Virus record (IMG/VR): IMGVR_UViG_3300045988_121434
Span: 1-64,000 of that record
Source of the DNA: a virus
DNA length: 64,000 bases
Direction: 5' to 3' (one strand)
Positions 52,154 to 62,824 of the stretch are shown piece by piece (the first letter of the stretch is position 1; every line of letters begins with the position of its first letter). The notes below the pieces were generated by a model. That model was not told the origin of the DNA, ran no database searches, and was given only the letters and a program-made list of their open reading frames with translations. The translations under genes and the position numbers were made by a program.

Positions 52154-55100
52154 ATGGCAACAGCTAAAAAAACTCAAATCGTCATTACTGCCAATGCAGC
52201 CGTAGCCAAAAAGGTGATGGACGAACTGCAACAGCGCATTGACGGCATCAAGCAGAAAATGGCTGGTCTTGATGTTACTACCAAGCAAGGACAGCGGGAG
52301 TTTAAGAAACTGGAGAAAGAACTGGTTTCGTATAACTCGGCCGCATCACAAAACGTAACCAACACGGAGCGTATCAGCAAGGCAATGAAAAACTTATCGG
52401 GCACGTCGCTCAACGAACTGAAGCGCGCTCTTTCGGCTGCAAAAAGCGAAATCGGCAAGATGTCTGCCAACGACAAGGGACTGAAACAGATGCAGGGCAA
52501 CGTAAAGGCTCTGCAAGGACAGATAGATAAGCTGACTGGCTCTGTGCATAAGCAGGGTGGGGCATGGCAGACCGCTATGAAGAACCTTACTGCATACGTC
52601 GGTCTTTTTCAAGTTTTCAATGCTATCAAAAATACGGTTACTTCTGCTATCAAGAAGAACTTTGAGTTTTCCAGCTCTCTGACCGATATTCGTAAAGTCA
52701 GTGGCTTGGCGATGGAAGATGTCAACAAGCTTGCTACGGAGTTGGCTAAGATTGATACCAGGACTTCTATCGACGGACTCGCCCAGCTCGCCTATCAGGG
52801 CGCAAAACTCGGTATGGGTAAGTATGGCGTTGAAGGTATGAAGCAGTTTGTAGCTGCTGCCGACCAGATCAATGTAGCCATCGGCGAGGAGATGGGAGAG
52901 GAGGCACTGCCTGCTCTTTCTAAGTTGGTGGAAACAATGGGTCTTATCCCGAAGATGGGTATCGAAAAAGCGATGCTTGCTACGGGGTCCGCCATGTTCA
53001 AGTTGGCATCTACCTCTACGGCCACATCTGGCAATATCGTAGAGTTTGCCAAGCGACTAACGGGTGTATCTCGTACTGCAGGTATCACTACCGACCAGTT
53101 GTTGGCACTTGGTTCTGCATCCGACTCCCTTTTTCTGATGCCGGAAGTAAGTGCTACGGCGATGTCTAAGTTCATTGTAGCCTTGCAGAAGAACCATAAC
53201 CTTATCGAAAAGGATTTGGGTATTCAGCAGGGTACCATCAAGAATATGTATGCCGCAGGTCATGCAATGGATGCTATCGTGATGGTTCTTGAAAAGATGC
53301 GAGATAAGGGTAACATGAATGCCCTGGGTGGTATCTTTAAGGATTTGGGTTCTGATGGCCAGCGACTCGTTACCGCTATGGTAACTATGTCGAAGAACGT
53401 AGATGTGCTGAAGGATCATCTTTACGAGTCGCAAGAGGCATTCGAGGAAGCTACCGCCGTAACAAATGAGTATAAGATGCAGCAGCAAAGTGCCATCGGT
53501 ATTCTCGATAGAGCCAATAACCTTTGGGAGAAGGCTTTTGTCAATCCTGATGGTGTGGAAAGCGTAAAGGCTATGGCACAGGCATGGTACGATATGTCGC
53601 AGATGATATTGCAAAGCCCGGTATTCAAGAATACACTTCAGGCAGCTCTGTGGAGTGTGATTACTGCTTGCAAGGTTTTTGTAACACTTCTCCCTCTTAT
53701 CGCTAATTATGTGGCTGGTCTTGGCATTTATAAAGCCGTCACGTTTCTTTGGGAATTAGGTAAGGCCATAAAAGCTGCTGCAACGGCTCAAATCGCATTC
53801 AACTCTGCTGCAAAAGTAAATCCTTATGTAGCCATTGCAAGTGCGATTGTTACCGCCGTAGGTGTGGTTTGGTCTTTTGTGAAAGCGGATAAAGAAGCTG
53901 CTGCTGCGGAAGCAGAGGCAGCACGCAAAGCTAATGCCTGGAAAGACAAGTTGAAGGAGGCGCAATTACAAACCGATACGCTTACCCGAAAGCTCCACTC
54001 TTATAAAACAACCCTCGAGGCCCTGAATGTATCGCAGAATGCCCGTAATACTCAGATAGCCCGATTCAATCGCGATTTCCGTCAGTATATCTCTAAGTTG
54101 GGTATCGAAATCAAGAGCGTGGGCGATTTGAAGAAGCATTATTCAGAGTTGGCGCAGGAAATTCAGCGTGCTACTTATTATCGTCTTCGTGAGGAAGCCA
54201 AGCAGAATGTAATGCCATCCTATCAGATGGATCGTCTGAACGCAGCTAACCGTATCAAGAAGGAACTTGATAAGCTCGGTTTGTTTGCAGGTGGTTTCAC
54301 CCAGAAGACCGTGATGGATATGTTCAATAAGGGTGCGGGCGCAGGTTGGATATGGCAGCAGATTATCAAGGCAAACGAAAAAGATGCCAAGCAGAATAGT
54401 TTCCGTTTCAACATGAAGACCGGAAATTATACCTATATAGATAAAAATGGAAAGACTGTTAAGGTTAACCCTATTGGCTACAAAGGATTGCTGTCTTCGC
54501 TCGCTCATTTTCAGAACGCAACCAAGCGTGAAACGAATAAGGATAAGGAAATCAATGATTATTTCAATCAAGTAGTTAATCTTGATGGCTATACTCCTTG
54601 GGTAGAAGATACTCCTGGTACACTCGAAAATGAGGCACCCGATAAGGATGCTATCGCTGCTGCAAAGCAGGAGGAGCGTGATCGAAAACGTGCTTGGCGC
54701 GAGGAATTGAAGCAGAAGCAAGACCAGGCGAAGGCTATCATGGACGACGTAGATAACTACTACGACCGTCAGATTAATGCTAAGTTGGCCCAAGCTATAT
54801 CTCTTAATATGGATGAAACCGAGCAGAAGCAGTTTGTTCTTTCTTTGAAGCAAAACAAAGAAACAGCCCGTTCGCAGGTGCGCCTTGCTGTTGCAGGAAA
54901 ACCGAACAAGTGGGAGGATGCAAAGAAGATGATGGTTGCTGATAAGGTGGAACAAGCGGACGAGACGGGTATAGACCTTTCAAAGGATCTGCTTGACGGT
55001 ATATTGAACAACAACATTGAAGGTCTGCGTAAACTTATGGCGGATTTGGGCAAAAATTTAGGCATGTCCATGAACTCCATCACAGCGCAGATTTTTGCTA

Positions 55101-57526
55101 AAGCCACTCGCAGCGAGCAGGAACTTCTGAAGATGCAACTCAAGCAGCAGGAGGCCCGTCGTAAGATTGTAATGGAGCATGATTATACGGGCGTTGTGCA
55201 GCAGAACTCGTATGACAACTTCAACGAAATGGGGTATGCCGCGCCTACGAAGGAGGAGACCACTGTCACAAAAAAGATGGTTGACGGCAAGAAGGTTCTT
55301 GATACGTCAGCTTTTGACAAGCGTAGGAAAGCCATCAAGGACATGTACGAGACAGCTCGCAAGAGTCTTGCCCAGCTCTATACCATTGATGTTTCAACAA
55401 CGGATGGCAAAGGCGTTTTGATGAAAATGCTGTTCGGGAATGACCCTGACGGTATGGCAGCTCGAATAAAGGAGTCGTTGGGCAAAAACGAAGAGAGCTG
55501 GAAGGCTTTTTATCTGAACCTTATCCAGTACTCGGATGAGTATGCCGCAGCCGAGAAGAAGAAGTATGATGAAGCTAAGAAGATCACTGATTTCTGGTGG
55601 TCGTCAAACAAGCGCAATCTTGCCCAACAAGAACGCATACGCAAAATACAGAATGAGAGCAATCTTTTCGGCAAGCGTACAAACCTTCTCTCTAATCTCG
55701 GTCTCGCCAATCTTACAGCCGACCCTGAGATAGAGTTGATGAAGGCCCGTATGCAAGCTGCTGAAGACTATTACGCTTTTGTGGAACGTAATACAAAGAA
55801 CAAGCAACTCATTGACGAAGCCGAGCGAGCTCGCCAGGAGGCAGAGCTGGCTTACGCCAACCAAATGGCAACCGCCATGAGGTCGCGCCTCTCACAGATG
55901 AAGGAACTTGTGCAGCCTATTGAGGATTTCGGTGCAGCCGTTGGTCAGGCACTTGCCGACATGAAAAACGATGCCGACAGCGCGAACGAGGCAATCAAGA
56001 ATGCTCTCAAATCTATGCTTGAGTCGTGGGGTAAGATGGCTCTCAACGATGTGAACACACAGATGTGGAAAGCCATCAATGATGCAGGAGCGAAGAAGGG
56101 TCGCAAGGATGCGCAGCCTGACATACAAGCCGCACGCGATAATGCCAAAAACAACTACACAGACTTTTCTGGTATCGATTGGCATAATTTTGGTACGGAG
56201 AATAGTCCTTTGTGGGTACGCTGGGCAGGCGACCATTATGAGGACAAGTCGGGTTATGCAGTCTATACCAAGGAGGAAGGCACACCCCTGCCTAATCCAG
56301 ATGGCAGTACACCTCAGGCAAACGAGCCGCCAGCCGCCTGGAAAAAGCGTCATCCCGATGGAACGATGGATGACTATAATCGTGAGGTGCAAGGAATAGC
56401 CGGACAGACAGGCGCGGCCGTTGCCGATGTTGCCACTGGTCAGTCGTCACTCGCTGAAGCTGGTGCAGGCGTGCTTGCCGCTGGTGCAAATGCCGCGCTT
56501 AACGCTCCTATTGGTGGAAAGTCGAGCGAAGCCAAGGAGAAGGTAAAGCAACTTAAAGAAGAGAGAAAGCACCAAAGGGAACTTTCCAAGGAGGTAAAGA
56601 GGGGTTCCAAGGAACGCGAGAAAGAAAACAAGAAAGGTGTCGATAACATTACAAAGGACTCGTCAGAAGCCGGCAAGGAGCAAACGAAATTGGAAGAGGT
56701 GAAGCAGAACACCACCAACGCCATTGTTGAAGCTGGTTTAAACACTGCCTTCCAAAAGAAACAGGAGAATGATGCTGCCGTTGTTGAGCAGAGCAAGGAC
56801 ACGGCACAAGCCGAAAATACATTCTCTATCGTTGGCGCTATCGGCAAGTGTTTTGAGTTTCTTGGCCCTATCGCTGGTCCTATCGCCGCCGCTTCTGTCA
56901 TGGCTATCCTTACTGGCTTGATGCAGTGGGGTTTGAATGCGGCCTTTGGCAGCAAGAATAAAAAGAGCAGTTCAAGCACCAGAAATACCAAACTCGTATC
57001 TGGTATGCTTACCTACGACGATGGTAACGTGCAAGACCTGAAGCCGTTTGTCGCCGACAATGGTGAGGTATATTGGGCGGAGGAGCAAAGCGGTGTACCG
57101 CAATCCGGCGTAAACCTCCTAACCAGGCCAACCGCCACCACCATCAACGGGCAGCCATCTCTCGTAGCCGAGCGTGGTCCCGAACTTGTAATAGGCCGTG
57201 AAACCACCAAGGCTATGATGATGAACAATCCGTCCCTCCTGAAAGCCCTTGTCAATTACGACCGCAACTATTCGGGGCGCAACGCGGCCCGCAGAGTATT
57301 TGATGAAGGCAACATTGGCGAGGTTGTCGGTAATCTTTCGTCTGGTGCGTCAGCGACAGACGAGCTTATAAGTAACGCCACCGCAAGCAATGCGGCTCTC
57401 CTGCAAGCCGTAACCGCACTCCTTGCGCGTCTTAACGAACCTATCTCGGCCAAGATTGATATGTATGGTCGTGGCAACCTCTACGACAGCATGACAAAGG
57501 CTAACCAGTTTATGAAGAACAAGTAA
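52154..57526 (+). CDS. tail tape measure protein
   Basis: 1790 aa, long coiled-coil stretches and hydrophobic/Gly-rich segments (e.g. FLGPIAGPIAAASVMAILTGLMQWGL), typical of a TMP. Confidence 0.85.
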   Translation: MATAKKTQIVITANAAVAKKVMDELQQRIDGIKQKMAGLDVTTKQGQREFKKLEKELVSYNSAASQNVTNTERISKAMKNLSGTSLNELKRALSAAKSEIGKMSANDKGLKQMQGNVKALQGQIDKLTGSVHKQGGAWQTAMKNLTAYVGLFQVFNAIKNTVTSAIKKNFEFSSSLTDIRKVSGLAMEDVNKLATELAKIDTRTSIDGLAQLAYQGAKLGMGKYGVEGMKQFVAAADQINVAIGEEMGEEALPALSKLVETMGLIPKMGIEKAMLATGSAMFKLASTSTATSGNIVEFAKRLTGVSRTAGITTDQLLALGSASDSLFLMPEVSATAMSKFIVALQKNHNLIEKDLGIQQGTIKNMYAAGHAMDAIVMVLEKMRDKGNMNALGGIFKDLGSDGQRLVTAMVTMSKNVDVLKDHLYESQEAFEEATAVTNEYKMQQQSAIGILDRANNLWEKAFVNPDGVESVKAMAQAWYDMSQMILQSPVFKNTLQAALWSVITACKVFVTLLPLIANYVAGLGIYKAVTFLWELGKAIKAAATAQIAFNSAAKVNPYVAIASAIVTAVGVVWSFVKADKEAAAAEAEAARKANAWKDKLKEAQLQTDTLTRKLHSYKTTLEALNVSQNARNTQIARFNRDFRQYISKLGIEIKSVGDLKKHYSELAQEIQRATYYRLREEAKQNVMPSYQMDRLNAANRIKKELDKLGLFAGGFTQKTVMDMFNKGAGAGWIWQQIIKANEKDAKQNSFRFNMKTGNYTYIDKNGKTVKVNPIGYKGLLSSLAHFQNATKRETNKDKEINDYFNQVVNLDGYTPWVEDTPGTLENEAPDKDAIAAAKQEERDRKRAWREELKQKQDQAKAIMDDVDNYYDRQINAKLAQAISLNMDETEQKQFVLSLKQNKETARSQVRLAVAGKPNKWEDAKKMMVADKVEQADETGIDLSKDLLDGILNNNIEGLRKLMADLGKNLGMSMNSITAQIFAKATRSEQELLKMQLKQQEARRKIVMEHDYTGVVQQNSYDNFNEMGYAAPTKEETTVTKKMVDGKKVLDTSAFDKRRKAIKDMYETARKSLAQLYTIDVSTTDGKGVLMKMLFGNDPDGMAARIKESLGKNEESWKAFYLNLIQYSDEYAAAEKKKYDEAKKITDFWWSSNKRNLAQQERIRKIQNESNLFGKRTNLLSNLGLANLTADPEIELMKARMQAAEDYYAFVERNTKNKQLIDEAERARQEAELAYANQMATAMRSRLSQMKELVQPIEDFGAAVGQALADMKNDADSANEAIKNALKSMLESWGKMALNDVNTQMWKAINDAGAKKGRKDAQPDIQAARDNAKNNYTDFSGIDWHNFGTENSPLWVRWAGDHYEDKSGYAVYTKEEGTPLPNPDGSTPQANEPPAAWKKRHPDGTMDDYNREVQGIAGQTGAAVADVATGQSSLAEAGAGVLAAGANAALNAPIGGKSSEAKEKVKQLKEERKHQRELSKEVKRGSKEREKENKKGVDNITKDSSEAGKEQTKLEEVKQNTTNAIVEAGLNTAFQKKQENDAAVVEQSKDTAQAENTFSIVGAIGKCFEFLGPIAGPIAAASVMAILTGLMQWGLNAAFGSKNKKSSSSTRNTKLVSGMLTYDDGNVQDLKPFVADNGEVYWAEEQSGVPQSGVNLLTRPTATTINGQPSLVAERGPELVIGRETTKAMMMNNPSLLKALVNYDRNYSGRNAARRVFDEGNIGEVVGNLSSGASATDELISNATASNAALLQAVTALLARLNEPISAKIDMYGRGNLYDSMTKANQFMKNK

Positions 57527-57676
57527 CGCTTGTTTCTTTACCTTGTTTAGAAACGTCTGTTCCGTCTGTTTCATCTGGTGACAATAAACATATACCATCG
57601 GATGATGTAGATGAGACAGACGCTTTCCTATTGGTATTCTTTCCTGGAGGTGACGTCCGAGTGCATTTCTCCATTT

Positions 57677-58213
57677 CAAAAGTGCAAACTATGCACTTTT
57701 TGTAACTCGTTGTTTTTATGCACTCTAACCTATCGCTTCGCGCCAAAAGTGCAAAGTTTCGCCTAAATCGGCTACTATGTATATAGTTTTTCGGGTATTC
57801 TTTTATTTCTCCAAAATCAAAATCCCCGAACCTCAAATATAAAGTTAGTAGCATTAACGGCATAGCCTTAAACTATTGATTTTCAATTAATAAAGTAATA
57901 GTGAAAAAAAGCAAGGAACTGCAAAAACGCTGATTTTTGGCTTAAAATGAATACATCTATTTATATGTTTGTTGTCTTTACGCTCCACGTATTTATAAGA
58001 AATAATTAAATTTTTGCACTTTTAATAAGTAAAGAGTTGAAAATCAGAAGAAAAATGCAATTTCTAAATTGCACAAATATGGTACAAAGCATACATTTCT
58101 GTTGCACTTTGGAGAGTGTTTTTGCACTTTGAAGGAAAAAGAATCCTGAAGGTGATTTTCATTTTTGCACTTTTGAGGTGTGTTTTGTACTTCTGTGAGC
58201 CAAAAGTGCAAAG
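57677..58213. repeat. array of eight or more TTTTGCACTTT / AAAGTGCAAA motifs in an 830-bp AT-rich intergenic region
   Basis: Forward copies near 57692, 58013, 58102, 58121, 58164; reverse near 57679, 57746, 58203; identical 18-mer GCCAAAAGTGCAAAGTTT at 57743 and 58199; palindrome TGCAATTTCTAAATTGCA at 58056. Confidence 0.75.
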
Positions 58214-58357
58214 TTTTCTTTCGTGGTTTTTCATCTTCTTATTTCCATATAATAATTATTAAAAACATAACTAACATATAAAAAATATAACCCAACTATT
58301 GTTTATATAAGTTTTAATTATTAATTTTGCGATACTTAATTGATAAAGTAAGTATTT

Positions 58358-59455
58358 ATGTTCGATGAGTTATGTTCCATATATGCCGATGCGCTTGACA
58401 ATGAAGGTCGATATATAGATCAGGAGACTGGCGAGCGTATCCAGCAAATGACTATCCGGGAGTTTTGTCTGTCGGACAGATGGAAGCCTTGCGTTGAGAA
58501 ACTTCGCGCCATGCGGCAGGAGTTTGGCGACAAGGCGAAGAAGATGCCGGAGTACATAGATACAAAGAAACGGTTGCCCGGAGCCACGTTGAGCGGTCTC
58601 TTCGCATTGTATGATGATGAGTGCATCGCCAAGGATGGCCGCAAGTACATCAAGAAGGTGAGTCGCCGCGAGACCCACCTCCAGCAACACACTGGATGGT
58701 TGGCTATCGACATCGACCTTGCCGACAACAAGCACCTCACCAATTTTGAGAATGTGCGGATGGTGTGTCAGTTTCGTCCGGAAATAGCGTTGCTCATGCG
58801 GTCGTGCTCGGGCGTAGGTTACTTCGGACTTGTGCGGCTTGCTTATCCCGATAGGCACAAGGAGCAGTTCAAGGCATTACTCAAAGAGTATGCAGCTATT
58901 GGCATAATGCTCGACAAGCAATGCGGCAATATCGGACGTGTGCGCTTTGCGTCGTGGGACGAGCAAGCGCATATATACATTAATCCGCAGGCTGTGGCTT
59001 ATAAGGGTGTGGAAACTGAGACACCGCAAATAACACCACGAAGCACAATGGGGTGTTATTCTTCAAATTATATCCGTCATGGTCTTAACCTTGGGAATAA
59101 TCCTTTTGGCAGAAGAGAAACGGGAGTCTTTTGGGAAGATCCGCGAGTGCAAGACCGTTTGATTGAGGTTGTCGTGAAGGCTATGGTCAGTCGCAGGGTG
59201 AATATCACTGAGGACTATGATGATTGGTGCAAGGCAGGTTGGGCGTTGAAAGGACATCCATACGGTGAGCGGTTATTCCATGAGCTTTCGGCTTGCAGTC
59301 AGAAATATAATGCAGTCAATACCACATTGAAGTGGCGGCAACTCGGACAGAGTAACACCGTAACCGGCAATTACTTAATCCACGCTTGCAAGCAGAGCCT
59401 CGGAGAAGGCACTTACAGAGAACTTTGCCGTCAGGTGTGGAATGAACTAAAATAA
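58358..59455 (+). CDS. primase-like protein (BT4734/VirE-N-like N-terminus plus PriCT-2-like C-terminus)
   Basis: ..TGWLAIDIDLADNKH.., ..RSCSGVGYFGLV.., ..GNIGRVRFASWD.. and DYDDWCKAGWALKGHPYGERLFHELSACSQKYN..KW. Confidence 0.55.
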   Translation: MFDELCSIYADALDNEGRYIDQETGERIQQMTIREFCLSDRWKPCVEKLRAMRQEFGDKAKKMPEYIDTKKRLPGATLSGLFALYDDECIAKDGRKYIKKVSRRETHLQQHTGWLAIDIDLADNKHLTNFENVRMVCQFRPEIALLMRSCSGVGYFGLVRLAYPDRHKEQFKALLKEYAAIGIMLDKQCGNIGRVRFASWDEQAHIYINPQAVAYKGVETETPQITPRSTMGCYSSNYIRHGLNLGNNPFGRRETGVFWEDPRVQDRLIEVVVKAMVSRRVNITEDYDDWCKAGWALKGHPYGERLFHELSACSQKYNAVNTTLKWRQLGQSNTVTGNYLIHACKQSLGEGTYRELCRQVWNELK

Positions 59456-59462
59456 ATGAGAT

Positions 59463-59975
59463 ATGCAACTGATAACCATAACAGGCTCCAGTGGGGTAGG
59501 CAAGGACACCGTGGCGCGTATGCTGTCGGAAATGACGGGCATACCTGTGCTGTGTTCCTATACCACACGTTCGAAGCGTGATGGTGAGATGAACGGCAAA
59601 GAGCATTACTTTGTAAAGGAGTGCAATGTGCCACAAAGCGAGATGCTTGCCTATACCAAGTATGGAGGCTATGAGTATTGGACGTGTGTAGACCAGATAA
59701 ATGACTCGGCTATTTATGTGATAGACGAGGACGGAATGCGTGAGTTATACCGTAGGTTTCCACAAATGCCCACCGTGCATATATATGTCAATGCCACTGC
59801 GGAGGACTTACAAGCGCGAGGCATATCGGCGGAGCGCATAGCGCGAGACGCGGACAGGCAGACACTGCCCGAAAGTTTCTATCAATACACCATTCATAAT
59901 GTAGGCACGAAAACGGAACTTAAACGCATCGTGCGCTGCTGTGTGGATTGGATGAAAATGAAGGGATTTTTATAG
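59463..59975 (+). CDS. guanylate-kinase-like (d)NMP kinase
   Basis: P-loop ITGSSGVGKDT and SYTTRSKRDGEMNGKEHYFV. Confidence 0.75.
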   Translation: MQLITITGSSGVGKDTVARMLSEMTGIPVLCSYTTRSKRDGEMNGKEHYFVKECNVPQSEMLAYTKYGGYEYWTCVDQINDSAIYVIDEDGMRELYRRFPQMPTVHIYVNATAEDLQARGISAERIARDADRQTLPESFYQYTIHNVGTKTELKRIVRCCVDWMKMKGFL

Positions 59976-60063
59976 GTGAATCGCAAGGTATCATGCGGGA
60001 TGAGTACGATATAAGTACGACGTGAGTACAGCATGAGGGGTTATCCACGAAATACAAATTACA

Positions 60064-60420
60064 ATGGCAAAAGCAAGACCGACACCAACCATATCTTCCA
60101 TATCTGGTAAGCTCAGCCGCAGGGACAGGATGTATATCCGTACTAACAGACATACAGGAAGAATTTTTATCGTGTGTGTGGAGAATTCTCATAAAGGTCC
60201 GTGGAGTGAGGCACAGGTTGCCAACCGCAAGCATTTTGCCCAAATCAGTAAGACGGCTTCGCAATGGTTGAAAGACAATGATCCGAAACGCAATGGCGGA
60301 ACCTGCACGACTGAGTACAAGGCTATGCTCCGCAAGTATAATGCACAACACAGGATTGGCAATATATTCGCTTTCGTGGCGAAGCATTATCGTGATGGAG
60401 AGATAATTTCTTTTTTATGA
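60064..60420 (+). CDS. basic hypothetical protein
   Basis: 118-aa ORF, Lys/Arg-rich. Confidence 0.5.
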   Translation: MAKARPTPTISSISGKLSRRDRMYIRTNRHTGRIFIVCVENSHKGPWSEAQVANRKHFAQISKTASQWLKDNDPKRNGGTCTTEYKAMLRKYNAQHRIGNIFAFVAKHYRDGEIISFL

Positions 60421-60456
60421 TTTACACCCTAAACAATAAATTAAGATATACGAGCA

Positions 60457-61356
60457 ATGAATTTCATACAACCAAAGGTAGAGTGGTGGCAGCAGCAGAC
60501 GATGGCGCAGCACATAGCGCGTGTCGGCAGAATATGCTACAAGAGCCGGGGCAAGGAGCCCGACCCCGAAATGAGCGAGGAGGAACGTGTGGCGTTCATC
60601 AAGAAACGCGACGAGGACAGATGCAAGTCGTTCTGGGAGTCGGGCCATAGGTCGATGTACCGCCATGGCGCGGCATACTTCTTCGTGCCCAACGAAAAGA
60701 AGTTGTATGTGATATATGTGTGGTCGCTGTTGCAGGCCTCGCCATACGTTGATTATGCCGTGGAGGAAAACAAGGTGTGGATAAGTACCAATTTGCAGTT
60801 TCTCAGCGAGCGACCGCAGGTGATGCAGTTGCTCATGCCGTTTGGCGTGAGCGAGGAGGAGTTTATCAAGAAGGCACTGAAGTACAAGTGTGATGATGCA
60901 CTTTGGATATTGCGTATGACCTTCGTTGTTACCACACAGATAAGCACCTCGCGCGAGTTGAACCGCACATCGCCCAATGCCATTGCCGAGCAGAGCACAC
61001 GCTACTGCAACTTAGAGAAGAAAGACGGCGTGCAGATAGCCGAGCCGTATTGGTATGAGACAGGCACACGCTGGCAGCGTTTTCTCTTTAAGGCAGGGTG
61101 CGGCTTGGCATCGTGGATTTACGGCAGACTGCTCAAAGCCGGACTCCGACCGCAGGATGCACGCGGCATTCTCCCGCTTGACACCTATACCGTGGTGGCA
61201 TACACTTACAACCTCTTGGAATGGAAGCATATCCTTGAATTGCGCTTTCACGAAAAGACCGGCAAGGCACATCCCAATGCCCGTTTTGTAGGTGGTGAGA
61301 TACGCCACGCCATTACGGAGCGGATGAAAGAATACATCAAAGATTTTGAGATTTAA
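60457..61356 (+). CDS. thyX: ThyX-like flavin-dependent thymidylate synthase with a divergent signature motif
   Basis: TSRELNRTSPNAIAEQSTRY in place of the ThyX RHRxxSxxxxSxRY, plus DARGILPLDTYT..EWKHILELR..AHPNARFVGGEIR. Confidence 0.6.
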   Translation: MNFIQPKVEWWQQQTMAQHIARVGRICYKSRGKEPDPEMSEEERVAFIKKRDEDRCKSFWESGHRSMYRHGAAYFFVPNEKKLYVIYVWSLLQASPYVDYAVEENKVWISTNLQFLSERPQVMQLLMPFGVSEEEFIKKALKYKCDDALWILRMTFVVTTQISTSRELNRTSPNAIAEQSTRYCNLEKKDGVQIAEPYWYETGTRWQRFLFKAGCGLASWIYGRLLKAGLRPQDARGILPLDTYTVVAYTYNLLEWKHILELRFHEKTGKAHPNARFVGGEIRHAITERMKEYIKDFEI

Positions 61357-61385
61357 ACCAAATAGTTGAACGTAAAGCTAAAAAT

Positions 61386-61778
61386 ATGGAACAACTTACA
61401 TTGAACGAATACCAGCAGAAGGCAATGACCACCTGTATGCCCACCTGCAACAACATCGCCTACATGACCATGAACCTCTGCGGAGAGGTGGGCGAACTTC
61501 ACTCCAAGCTCGCCAAGGCTATCCGCAAGGGCAAACTGTTTATCGGTACAAGCGACCGCGACAAGAACGGTGAGCGTATTATGACGCAGACCTTCTACAA
61601 TATGAGTGAAGAGGAAATCAAGGACATTGAGAAAGAGTGTGGTGATGTGATGTGGCAGATAGCCGGTGTGTGCTCCGTGCTTGGTTTTAACCTGGAGAAA
61701 ATTTGCCTACAAAATCTTGAAAAGTTGCAGTCGCGCCAGCAGCGCGGAGTTATTGACGGAAACGGAGACAACCGCTGA
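61386..61778 (+). CDS. mazG: MazG-like nucleotide pyrophosphohydrolase
   Basis: LTLNEYQQKA.., NLCGEVGELHSKLAKAIR, ECGDVMWQIAGVCSVLGFNLEKI. Confidence 0.75.
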   Translation: MEQLTLNEYQQKAMTTCMPTCNNIAYMTMNLCGEVGELHSKLAKAIRKGKLFIGTSDRDKNGERIMTQTFYNMSEEEIKDIEKECGDVMWQIAGVCSVLGFNLEKICLQNLEKLQSRQQRGVIDGNGDNR

Positions 61779-61933
61779 TGGCACGCCGCATCTACAAAAA
61801 AGACTGCCTATTCACAACCGAAGAAATAGACGAGTTCCACGCTATGCTGTATAGCGTGAACACGTCTTCCATTGCCCCTTCTGTGCCTGTTTCGTGGCTA
61901 AAAGGCTACCAAAATTACAGTAGCAAATATTGA
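61778..61933 (+). CDS. small hypothetical protein (51 aa)
   Basis: TGATG overlap with the mazG stop; below the track cutoff. Confidence 0.35.
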   Translation: MARRIYKKDCLFTTEEIDEFHAMLYSVNTSSIAPSVPVSWLKGYQNYSSKY

Positions 61934-62023
61934 CAATAATAATGATTATGATAAATAAGCCCTTTTACCCATGAGCAAGAAGAATTACACTGAAATAAAC
62001 AAAAAGAAATAACCGTACATACT

Positions 62024-62758
62024 ATGCCCAATATCTATCTGCGCCTTCCCATGAGTCGCTGCCAGTATTTTCGCCACCGCGACCCGTGCCATACGCTTGC
62101 CAAGAACGAGCCTGTGGTGTTCAATGCGTATATGCCGGAATACTTCGCCATGCGCAACTCGCTCACCAATGCCGGGGCTGTTGCGCAGAAGGTGAACATG
62201 CAATGCTTCTCTCACCAGCAATGGCAGAACATGCTGAACGGGCGGCATCCGTTGGGCAGTAACGTAATATTGAACCGCAATCCGAAAGATTATCTTACCT
62301 TTGCGGAGGTGCAGTATCTCAACGGAGCCACCGAATACAGCAAGAGCGACAACGAGGATTATCTTTGCGTGAAACTGCCCACGGAGATAGAGGTGGTTGA
62401 CACCGTGCGAGTGATTACTCCTACGTGGAACCTCGACCGCCACGGCATATACAAGTTGATTGAATTGCTCAACAACGACTTCAAGCGCAGTGTCGTGGAA
62501 TGGGTGCTGTCTACCTTCGATTATTGCACTGCCAACGGCAAGATTATCGCCCGGAGTAAGGCGGCAATGCTGGAGCGTTTTCTTATGCGCTACGGCATAG
62601 ACCCGTCTACGGAGGAGAAGGACAACATGCGCCGCGTGATAGAGCGATGGCTGAAGTCTGAGCACAGTTTCTTCCGCTCATATTCGTGCTTGGATATGCA
62701 GTATGAGGATGGTGGCGAGCGACAGCACCATATCGACGAAATACAATGGTTAAGTTAG
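62024..62758 (+). CDS. hypothetical protein
   Basis: 244-aa ORF; the antisense track ORF 61985-62665 treated as a shadow. Confidence 0.6.
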   Translation: MPNIYLRLPMSRCQYFRHRDPCHTLAKNEPVVFNAYMPEYFAMRNSLTNAGAVAQKVNMQCFSHQQWQNMLNGRHPLGSNVILNRNPKDYLTFAEVQYLNGATEYSKSDNEDYLCVKLPTEIEVVDTVRVITPTWNLDRHGIYKLIELLNNDFKRSVVEWVLSTFDYCTANGKIIARSKAAMLERFLMRYGIDPSTEEKDNMRRVIERWLKSEHSFFRSYSCLDMQYEDGGERQHHIDEIQWLS

Positions 62759-62824
62759 ATATTGTATATGAATGTTAATCATAAGATTAAAGCATGTTAA
62801 AACATATCCCAAATTAGAAATTAT

